Shown in pieces: positions 7,629-15,339 of a stretch of DNA of 32,000 nt. Source of the stretch: Nitrosospira multiformis ATCC 25196 (GTDB lineage: Bacteria; Pseudomonadota; Gammaproteobacteria; Burkholderiales; Nitrosomonadaceae); the NCBI RefSeq assembly GCF_000196355.1, contig NC_007614.1:810001-842000 (forward strand), given 5' to 3'. The notes under the pieces are model-generated. The model was not told the DNA's origin. It searched no databases and saw nothing but the letters and a program-made list of their open reading frames with translations. Positions within the stretch are counted from its first letter, which is position 1; each line of letters opens with the position of its first letter. The translations under genes were made by a program, and so were the position numbers.

Positions 7629-9517
7629 CGATGCCGCTGCTAACCTCGCTGCTTGGGTTATTCATAATCATCCCGCTGATCGGGTTTGGGCTCACCATGC
7701 TCGTGCCGAAAAAGAATGAGGATGCCATTTCCTGGATAGCCTACTCCACTGTCGGTTCGCACATGGTTTTGGCCTGGATATTCCTGGTCCTCTGGCTCTT
7801 CAGCGGCTACCCGACGCTCGAGACAATTGAGCTTATCCTGTATAACACGGAAAGTTACAAGTTTTTCATTTCATTCTATTTCGACAAAATTACCGCGGTT
7901 TATCTGTTCGTCGGTTCTTTCCTCTGCTTTCTGGTTACCGTCTACTCCAGATGGTACCTTCATCGCGAAAGGGGCTATAAGCGGTTTTTCAACACCATCC
8001 TGTTCTTTTTCATCGGCTACAACATCATCATTTTCTCCGGTAATTTCGAGACGCTCTTTATCGGTTGGGAAGTTCTGGGAATCACGTCCTTCCTCCTGAT
8101 CGGGTTCTACAGGGAGCGGTATCTGCCGGTAAAAAATGCGCTCAAGGTATTCACGGTGTTTCGCGTGGCGGATATGGGTTTGATTCTGGTCATCTGGATG
8201 AGCCATCATCTGTGGCACGAAAACATCACGTTCTCCAAGCTCATGCATCCGGAACTGGTTGCACAGACTCTTGAGGGCAACACGACACTGGGGATTTTGA
8301 TCGGATTGATGCTCCTGCTGGCGGCCGCCGTGAAATCGGGTCAACTCCCGTTTTCTTCCTGGGTGCCCAGAGCAATGGAAGGCCCGACCCCGTCGAGTGC
8401 AATCTTTTACGGATCGCTCTCGGTTCACTTGGGCGTCTTTCTTTTGCTGAGAACGTTCCCATTCTGGGAAAATCAGATCGTTGTGGTAGCGCCTGTGATT
8501 CTTCTTGGCGTAGGGACTGCCGTAGTCGCGACCCTTATTTCACGCGTACAGTCCTCGATCAAGACGCAGATCGCCTACTCTTCGGTGGCGCAGATCGGCA
8601 TCATTTTCGTGGAAGTGGCGTTAGGGTTTTATGATCTTGCCTTGATCCATTTGGCAGGAAATGCATTCTTGCGGACGTATCAGCTTCTGGTCTCGCCATC
8701 GGCCGTGACCTTCCTGCTTCGCGATCAGTTCTACAACTTTGTTCCAAGGGAATACATCGACAAGCATTCCACATCCAAGCAAATCGAGTATGCGGCCTAT
8801 ATGCTGAGCGTGAAGGAGTTCAACCTCGATTCGTTCATGTATTTCTTCTTCTGGGATCCCGTGAAATGGATCGGCCGGAAGCTGAACCTGGTGTTATCCG
8901 GAACGGGTGGTTTCATTATCGCCACCACACTTTTCCTCGTCGGCCTCGCCTGCCTCTACTACGAGCAGTCTTTACCGGTCGGTGTCCAGCAATTCCTGCC
9001 GACGCTATTTGCCTTCATCGCCCTGATCGTCGTGCTGAAGTCTTTCTCGGAAAGAATGAGTCCCCAGTTGAGCTGGTACTTCGTCATCATGAATCATCTC
9101 TGGGTCGCACTCGCCATCTCGTTTTATGACGAAGTGACGACCCGGGAGATTGTCATTTATATAAGTGGCATCCTCCTTTCAGGCCTTGTGGGATACGCTT
9201 GTCTGGCACAACTGAAGTCACTTGAGCCGAAGGTGGATTTGAAGGAACCTCAGGGTCAGGGTCATGTCTATGAATATCCTACACAGGCTTTCATTTTCCT
9301 GCTTGCGTGTCTGGGCCTGATGGGTTTTCCTATTACGCCATCGTTCCTGGGGATAGATCTGATCTTCACCCACATTCACACAGACCAGATCGTATTTGCA
9401 TTCATTCTCGCACTGAGTTTCATCATCGTCGGTCTCTCCTTGGTGAGAATATATTCGCGGGTTTATCTTGGACCTCATGTTAAAACTTACCATGCCGTCC
9501 CCTTCAAAAACTCGTGA
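7625..9517 (+). CDS. dabB: NuoL/MnhA/ND5-type (proton-conducting membrane transporter, PF00361-like) subunit, DabB-like
   Basis: 630-aa polytopic membrane ORF. FIGWEVLGITSFLLIGFY carries the TM5-type Glu (E149, nt 8069-8071). AAAVKSGQLPFSSWVPRAMEGPTPSSAIFYGSLSVHLGVFLL carries the TM7-type Lys (K237, nt 8333-8335). QIAYSSVAQIGIIF is also present. All are hallmark NuoL/ND5 motifs. The start ATG overlaps the dabA stop as ATGA at 7625-7628. Confidence 0.88.
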   Translation: MTMPLLTSLLGLFIIIPLIGFGLTMLVPKKNEDAISWIAYSTVGSHMVLAWIFLVLWLFSGYPTLETIELILYNTESYKFFISFYFDKITAVYLFVGSFLCFLVTVYSRWYLHRERGYKRFFNTILFFFIGYNIIIFSGNFETLFIGWEVLGITSFLLIGFYRERYLPVKNALKVFTVFRVADMGLILVIWMSHHLWHENITFSKLMHPELVAQTLEGNTTLGILIGLMLLLAAAVKSGQLPFSSWVPRAMEGPTPSSAIFYGSLSVHLGVFLLLRTFPFWENQIVVVAPVILLGVGTAVVATLISRVQSSIKTQIAYSSVAQIGIIFVEVALGFYDLALIHLAGNAFLRTYQLLVSPSAVTFLLRDQFYNFVPREYIDKHSTSKQIEYAAYMLSVKEFNLDSFMYFFFWDPVKWIGRKLNLVLSGTGGFIIATTLFLVGLACLYYEQSLPVGVQQFLPTLFAFIALIVVLKSFSERMSPQLSWYFVIMNHLWVALAISFYDEVTTREIVIYISGILLSGLVGYACLAQLKSLEPKVDLKEPQGQGHVYEYPTQAFIFLLACLGLMGFPITPSFLGIDLIFTHIHTDQIVFAFILALSFIIVGLSLVRIYSRVYLGPHVKTYHAVPFKNS

Positions 9518-10122
9518 TCATGAAACCATGATGAAAGTGGGAATGGATAGACAGATGTGATGACGAAATGAAAGGCGCCGGCTTGAACCCCAGGAAATCA
9601 GAAGCCATGCGAGAGAAATCCCGGGATAAAGTCGGCGCTCAACGGGGTGTGAAAAAGGCTCGGAAAAGGAGTGTTATCAGGAAATAAGGAGGGATCTGAG
9701 TAATGAATAATAAGTGAACGCCTCAGAAGGTTTGGGAAGATGTTGTCGCTCGTCCGCGAGGGAAGTATAGAGCATAGACAAATTCATCTCTGATCGACTT
9801 AGCGCACGCACCTACGCCTCATCAGAGGCAATAAAAGACAAAGTATGCGAAACCTCACACTTCAAAAGAAAAAAGATGCGGGAGTGTCGTGGGTGTAGAG
9901 GGGGAAAAGGGAAATGCAGGATGATACTCCGTACTTTGAGCAACTCCTCTGAAAGGGGATGGAATAAAGTATGAATTTTATCACAAATGTGAAGACGTAT
10001 GGCGCAGGTCACGAAAACCTGGTGGTTGAGATGAATACACAGGTGTTTTATAGAAGAAAAATACCACGCATGAGGCTCTTCAAACCCTCTGGATAAGCCT
10101 GTCCTAAGAAACCTGGCAGACG

Positions 10123-10142
10123 AATGGAAATTAATGGAAATT
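10123..10142. repeat. Perfect tandem 10-mer AATGGAAATT x2 upstream of the SulP gene
   Basis: Read directly: copies at 10123-10132 and 10133-10142, 55 bp upstream of the SulP ATG. It is followed by an A/T-rich stretch (TTTGAGATTTTTTTATTCAGGATATTTAAAAATCC). Function is unknown. Confidence 0.55.
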
Positions 10143-10196
10143 TGAGATTTTTTTATTCAGGATATTTAAAAATCCAACTAATGGGAGCTATCACTG

Positions 10197-11858
10197 ATGA
10201 GTTCAGCTAATGCATCTACTGCTTCTACCGCTAAACTGACAGTACCGAAAGATGGTCTGGCGGGGATGATGCAGAATTTGAAATACGATTTCACTGCGGG
10301 TTTTTTCGTATTCCTGCTGGCGTTGCCTTTGAGCCTGGGTATTGCGAAGGCGGGAGATTTCCCTCCTGCGATGGGTGTTCTTACGGCCATGATCGGCGGG
10401 GTGCTGGTCGCCCTCTTGGCCGGTTCGCCGCTTACCATCAAAGGGCCTGCGGCGGGTTTGATTACAATCGTCGCAGGGTGTGTTGCCGAAGTCGGCGGCG
10501 GCCCGGAAGGGTGGAAGATGGCCTTGGGCGTCATGGTAGTAGCGGGTGCGCTGCAGGTCGTCATCGGCTTTATGAGAGCAGGTTCACTTAGCGATTTCTT
10601 TCCGTTATCCGCGGTACATGGAATGCTGGCTGCGATCGGGCTTATCATTATTTCGAAGCAGGCGCACATCCTTCTCGGAATAGACCCGGCGACACTGGCG
10701 GGAATGGGACCCGTGAAGCTGTATGCGCAACTCCCTAATTCCATCATGAATCCGAACGTGCCTGTAGCGATAGTCGGGATACTTAGTCTGATTGTCCTAT
10801 TTGGGTTGCCGAAGATAAAAAGTCCACTAGTGAAGAAAATTCCAGCTCCAATGGTGGTATTGCTGATAGCTATCCCCGCTGCCATCGCACTGGATTTCAA
10901 GGGGACGCAACCTGGACACATACTCGTTCATATTGGCGATTTCTGGAAGGAAATTACTTTCAATGCTGACTTCTCACAGATTGGAACGGGTGCATTCTGG
11001 AAATATGTGATCATGTTCCTGCTGGTAGGGAGCCTGGAGTCCTGCCTTACCGTCAAGGCGATTGACAGTCTCGATCCCTGGAGGCGTCAGTCGAATTTCA
11101 ACAAGGACTTGATCGCTGTTGGCACGGGTAATACGCTTGCTGCGGTACTCGGTGGATCGCCCATGATATCGGAAGTCGCACGCAGCTCGGCAAATGTAGG
11201 CTTCGGTGCACGCACCCGCTGGGCCAATTTCTTCCACGGCTTCTGCCTCTTTATATCGATGCTGCTCTTGATCCCTGTGATCGAGATGATTCCGAATGCC
11301 GCCCTGGCAGCCATGCTGATTTTCGTCGGCTATCGCCTGGCCTCGCCGCACGAGTTTTTCAAGACCTACAAGATCGGCAGCGAGCAGTTGACGATCTTCC
11401 TGGTGACGATTGCGGTGACAGTCGCCAGCGACCTGTTGATGGGTATCGGAGCAGGTATTCTCGTCAAATTCGTCTTCCATATCGTAAATGGCGCATCGCT
11501 CGGCAACCTTTTCTCGGCGCGCTATCAATTGAAGCAGACGGGAAATCAGTACTATATGAACGTTCAGGATGCCGCAATATTTTCCAACCTGATCGGCTTC
11601 AAGAAAGTACTGGCCAGGTTTGAACCCAAAAAGGAAGTCGTTCTTGACTTCAGCCAGGCAACCCTGGTCGATCATACCTTCATGGAATTCCTGGAGCATT
11701 TCGAAGAGCAATATGTCGAAAACGGCGGTACCGTGACGGTGACTGGCTTCGATCGCTTCCAACCTTTCTCAGCCCATCCGCTCGCGGGAAGAAAGGCGAA
11801 GAAGGAAAAAGTCAGCGCTACCGCGCCCTCGCTTGATGGTAGCACGTCGAGGGAGTGA
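10197..11858 (+). CDS. SulP-family inorganic anion transporter with a C-terminal STAS domain
   Basis: 553-aa ORF with GGGAG 11 nt upstream of the ATG. The N-terminal LKYDFTAGFFVFLLALPLSLGIAKAGDFPPAMGVLTAMIGG is typical of SulP/SLC26. It has about 10-12 hydrophobic segments. The C-terminal roughly 120 aa (YYMNVQDAAIFSNL...VVLDFSQATLVDHTFMEFLEHF) resembles a STAS domain. The substrate cannot be read from the sequence. Confidence 0.88.
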   Translation: MSSANASTASTAKLTVPKDGLAGMMQNLKYDFTAGFFVFLLALPLSLGIAKAGDFPPAMGVLTAMIGGVLVALLAGSPLTIKGPAAGLITIVAGCVAEVGGGPEGWKMALGVMVVAGALQVVIGFMRAGSLSDFFPLSAVHGMLAAIGLIIISKQAHILLGIDPATLAGMGPVKLYAQLPNSIMNPNVPVAIVGILSLIVLFGLPKIKSPLVKKIPAPMVVLLIAIPAAIALDFKGTQPGHILVHIGDFWKEITFNADFSQIGTGAFWKYVIMFLLVGSLESCLTVKAIDSLDPWRRQSNFNKDLIAVGTGNTLAAVLGGSPMISEVARSSANVGFGARTRWANFFHGFCLFISMLLLIPVIEMIPNAALAAMLIFVGYRLASPHEFFKTYKIGSEQLTIFLVTIAVTVASDLLMGIGAGILVKFVFHIVNGASLGNLFSARYQLKQTGNQYYMNVQDAAIFSNLIGFKKVLARFEPKKEVVLDFSQATLVDHTFMEFLEHFEEQYVENGGTVTVTGFDRFQPFSAHPLAGRKAKKEKVSATAPSLDGSTSRE

Positions 11859-11895
11859 TGCCTGACCAGCAAACTTCGTAATAAAAGTAATAGAG

Positions 11896-11934
11896 GCACG
11901 GTGGACCGTATCTTCGGTCCATCGTGCTTTTTTT
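11896..11934 (+). terminator. Rho-independent terminator downstream of the SulP gene
   Basis: GCACGGTGGACCG (11896-11908), loop TATCTT, then CGGTCCATCGTGC (11915-11927). This gives a 13-bp stem with one G.U pair, followed by T7 at 11928-11934. It lies 38 nt after the stop codon. Confidence 0.8.
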
Positions 11935-12029
11935 GCTCAGGGAAAAGAATGTATCGCAACTTTTATGATACGCAGTGCCCTGTTTCGTACTGCCTGTATC
12001 GAAGGGGGAAGTAAGTGGATTGGAAACCG

Positions 12030-12971
12030 CTACTGGATTTTTGTCCGGGAGGAAGAAGACGGAATACGATTCGTATTTAACGAAGCGATGAGTTTATGGT
12101 AGAGGTCAATGCGACGTACGCTCACCTCGCTCTCCCGCATTGCATTCGCCAATGCGCACCCTGGTTCGCCTGAATGGCGGCAGTTATTGAACTTGCATTT
12201 GCCGATGTAGGGACGAAATTCCCTGAATCCCCAAGCGATAGCTTCAATGCTCAGATGCTGCAAGCCGAACTGCTGAATTCCCGGAGAATCTATGATACGG
12301 GCATTCCTGTCGAGATGATAGAGCCGCGCATGAGTTGTCGTGTGGCGACCTGCGTCGAGGGTGGGGGAAATGTCGCCAGTGGCACGCTCAGCGTCAGGAA
12401 CAAGCGCATTGATGATGGTGGATTTTCCCATACCGGACTGACCCACCAGTACACTGAGATTGTCTTCGAGATAGGGCAGCAGGGGTTTTACGTCGTTTCT
12501 GGCACTGATAGGCAACAAAGTATAGTCGAGTTCCCGATAGAGTGAGAGTCCGTTCAAGGCAACTTTGCTAGGCCCTAGCAGGTCTGTCTTGTTGAGGACG
12601 ATCAGAACACTGAGCTGCTGGCTTTCGGCGGCAACCAGGCAGCGATTTATCAGCTCCTCACTGAAGCTTGGGACTGGCGCCACTACAATGATTACCTGCG
12701 TGGCATTGGCTGCAATGAGTTTTTCGCGGGAGAGATCACTACGGTATAAAAGGGCGCTACGCGGCAAAATCCTTTCGATAACCCCCTGCTCAGACGCCGT
12801 TTGATAGATTTCAACCCAATCGCCGCATGCCGCCCCACTCTTTTTTCCGCGCAACACGCATGTGAGCGTCGATTCATCCGCGGTTTTAACGAGGAAATGC
12901 CTGCCGAAGGCCGCTACGATTTCTCCACGAAGGGGAGGGGAGGTAACGGATGGGCGGCCAGGCGATCTCAA
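12030..12971 (-). CDS. rsgA: Ribosome small-subunit-dependent GTPase A (RsgA/YjeQ)
   Basis: Circularly permuted GTPase motifs are present: LNKTDL (G4) comes before GQSGMGKSTIINAL (G1). The C-terminal zinc-finger motif is CKFNNCRHSGEPGCA. The only plausible start is a TTG at 12971, overlapping the upstream gene's TGA. Confidence 0.88.
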   Translation of the reverse strand: MRSPGRPSVTSPPLRGEIVAAFGRHFLVKTADESTLTCVLRGKKSGAACGDWVEIYQTASEQGVIERILPRSALLYRSDLSREKLIAANATQVIIVVAPVPSFSEELINRCLVAAESQQLSVLIVLNKTDLLGPSKVALNGLSLYRELDYTLLPISARNDVKPLLPYLEDNLSVLVGQSGMGKSTIINALVPDAERATGDISPTLDAGRHTTTHARLYHLDRNARIIDSPGIQQFGLQHLSIEAIAWGFREFRPYIGKCKFNNCRHSGEPGCALANAMRESEVSVRRIDLYHKLIASLNTNRIPSSSSRTKIQ

Positions 12972-13309
12972 ATTTGAAAAAGAGTGTCAATTTTCGCGGC
13001 GCAAATAAAGTCATTCTCCGACAAACCACCGATAGCATGGGTGGTGTATTCCACCTGACATTTGTTGTAACCGACAGTGATGTCGGGATGATGGTCCTCC
13101 CGATGGGATATCCACGCTACAGCGTTAACGAATGCCATTGTTTGATAGTAGTTCTTGAAGCTGAATTCCTTGCGAATCGTTTTTCCAAGATAATTCCAGC
13201 CATCGAGTTGCCGCATCAGCTGAGTTATTTCCTCCTGTGACAAAGGAGGCATCGCTCCTTCACAGGGCTTGCATTGTTTTGTAGCGAGATCATCGATAGT
13301 GGTATCCAT
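12968..13309 (-). CDS. 4a-hydroxytetrahydrobiopterin (pterin-4a-carbinolamine) dehydratase
   Basis: 113-aa ORF. The motif SHREDHHPDITVGYNKCQVEYTTHAIGGLSENDF matches the PCD/DCoH catalytic signature (H-H-P ... Y ... H ... D). Confidence 0.88.
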   Translation of the reverse strand: MDTTIDDLATKQCKPCEGAMPPLSQEEITQLMRQLDGWNYLGKTIRKEFSFKNYYQTMAFVNAVAWISHREDHHPDITVGYNKCQVEYTTHAIGGLSENDFICAAKIDTLFQI

Positions 13310-13340
13310 TCGTGCTCCTGCTGATCAATATAGAACAAAG

Positions 13341-14597
13341 TTAATTATGCGCCAGACTTCTCAACCGCGCTATCCTCAGCGCGGCGGGCGGATGCGAATC
13401 ATAAAATGCCGAGTGCAGAGGATCCGGCGTGAGGGTCGATGCATTGTCCTGATAAAGTTTCAGGAGCGCGCGCACGAGGTCAGCTGCGGAAGCATGGTGG
13501 GCTGCATACTCATCCGCTTCAAACTCGTGTTTGCGCGAGTACAGGCTCCCCAGTGGCTGAAACGGGAAAGTGAACACAGGCATTATCAGGAAAAACAGCA
13601 ACAACGCCATCGCCGTGGAGGGCACTGTCGCAACCGAGACACCCAATCCCTGGTAAAACCAGCCCTGTTGCATCAGGTAGCCGAGGCCCCAGAGAAACAA
13701 CAGACTCATGGCGAATGTCCAGGCAATGCGCTTTATGACATGATGACGCCTGAAATGCCCTAACTCGTGCGCTAACACCGCTTCAATTTCCTGTGCATCC
13801 AGCCGGGACAGCAGGGTATCGAAGAAGACAATCCTTTTTGTTTTGCCGAATCCTGTGAAATAGGCGTTGCCATGATTGCTGCGGCGCGATCCATCCATCA
13901 CGAAAAGACCGCTGGACTTGAAGCCGCATTTCCGCATCAGCTCTTCAATCCGCCTTCTCAAGGAAACATCGTCCAGCAGAGTGAATTTGTTGAAGATAGG
14001 GGCGATCCAGGTAGGGAAGATCGCCAGTACCAGCAAGTTAAAGATCATCCATGCCAGCCAGGCATAAAACCACCAGTATTCACCCATCTTTTCCATCAAC
14101 CACAGGACGGCAAGCAGCAGCGGCATGCCCAGCACGATTCCAAGGGTAAACCGCTTTGCCAGATCAAGGAAGAACATGCGCGGCTTCATTTTGTTGAACC
14201 CGAACTGCTCTTCTATCACGAAGGTACGATAGTAACTCAGGGGTACGCCAACTACGCTCGCCAGGAACATGACACTCGCGATAAGCGCCACCCCCTGCGT
14301 CAACGGATCGCTTGTCCAGTTCGATATAACGGTATGGAGAGTGTTCAGCCCGCCTCCGAGGGTGAGTATCAACAGCAGCACAACATCGAGCAGGATGCTG
14401 GCGTATCCGAGACGGGTTTTCGCACAAGTATAGTCAGCTGCCTTCTGGTGCGCCTTCAATGATATCTGTGACGAAAAATCCCGCGGGACCTGATCGCGAT
14501 GTGAAATGACGTAATCGATGTGCCGTTTCGCCAGCCACATTCGCATAAGCGAAGTGACGGCCAGGACGGTAAGAAAAATGATAGTGAAAGTAGGCAT
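13341..14597 (-). CDS. M48-family (Ste24/HtpX-like) zinc metallopeptidase, integral membrane
   Basis: The HELGHFRRHH zinc motif (HExxH) is present, with a downstream EFEADEYA glutamate and multiple N-terminal TM segments. The ORF is open to 14672, but the Met at 14597 (MPTFTIIFLTVLAV...) begins the first TM helix and is the likely start. Confidence 0.82.
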   Translation of the reverse strand: MPTFTIIFLTVLAVTSLMRMWLAKRHIDYVISHRDQVPRDFSSQISLKAHQKAADYTCAKTRLGYASILLDVVLLLILTLGGGLNTLHTVISNWTSDPLTQGVALIASVMFLASVVGVPLSYYRTFVIEEQFGFNKMKPRMFFLDLAKRFTLGIVLGMPLLLAVLWLMEKMGEYWWFYAWLAWMIFNLLVLAIFPTWIAPIFNKFTLLDDVSLRRRIEELMRKCGFKSSGLFVMDGSRRSNHGNAYFTGFGKTKRIVFFDTLLSRLDAQEIEAVLAHELGHFRRHHVIKRIAWTFAMSLLFLWGLGYLMQQGWFYQGLGVSVATVPSTAMALLLFFLIMPVFTFPFQPLGSLYSRKHEFEADEYAAHHASAADLVRALLKLYQDNASTLTPDPLHSAFYDSHPPAALRIARLRSLAHN

Positions 14598-14703
14598 GTG
14601 CAAATTGGAGTTGTACTGCCCCAAATCAGGATTACGGTTGAAGGATGACTGATCAATAGTGATATGACACAATTACATGTCGAAAATTCAGGGCGATTCA
14701 ATT

Positions 14704-15258
14704 ATGACACAAGACAATGGCCGTCTCATCTGGATCGATATGGAAATGAGCGGGCTCAGCCCGGACAGGGACCGCATACTCGAAATCGCTCTGGTCGTAA
14801 CGGATTCGCAGTTGGAGGTTCTTGCAGAAGCTCCGGTGCTGGTCTTGTCGCAATCCGAGTCGGTGCTCGAGGGAATGGATAGCTGGAACAAATCCACGCA
14901 TGCAAAATCGGGCCTGGTGGAAAAGGTGCGGGCATCCGGGCTGACGGAAGCCGAAGTGGAAGTCCATATGATTGCTTTTCTTCAAGAACATATTTCCGCC
15001 GGAGTTTCGCCAATGTGCGGCAATTCGATCTGCCAGGATCGGCGTTTTCTGGCACGCTGGATGCCTCGGCTGGAAGCCTATTTCCATTACCGGAACCTCG
15101 ACGTAAGCACTTTGAAGGAACTGGCAAAACGCTGGAAGCCAGAAATTCTGGCGGGCGTGACGAAACAGTGCAAGCATGAAGCGCTGTCGGATATATACGA
15201 CTCCATTGCGGAGCTGAAATATTACCGTGAACATTTCATGCAGGCGGTAGAGCCATGA
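14704..15258 (+). CDS. orn: Oligoribonuclease
   Basis: DEDDh exonuclease motifs are present: [23 protein letters not shown] and [17 protein letters not shown]. The size is about 184 aa from the ATG at 14704. The ORF is open from 14677. Confidence 0.92.
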   Translation: MTQDNGRLIWIDMEMSGLSPDRDRILEIALVVTDSQLEVLAEAPVLVLSQSESVLEGMDSWNKSTHAKSGLVEKVRASGLTEAEVEVHMIAFLQEHISAGVSPMCGNSICQDRRFLARWMPRLEAYFHYRNLDVSTLKELAKRWKPEILAGVTKQCKHEALSDIYDSIAELKYYREHFMQAVEP

Positions 15259-15339
15259 GTCGGACCGATATAAAAAAATCCCGGGACTAGGCAGGCTATT
15301 TCCGTACCTCATTTTTCAACTTCTCAGGAAAGATTGAGC

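Noticed and set aside
4774-9708. Short shared words flanking dabAB as possible insertion scars. CTGAGTAA and TAATGAAT lie at 4774-4807, and CTGAGTAATGAAT lies at 9696-9708.
   Set aside because: These are only 8-mers in AT-rich DNA. Chance matches are expected at that length, and they do not form proper flanking direct repeats.
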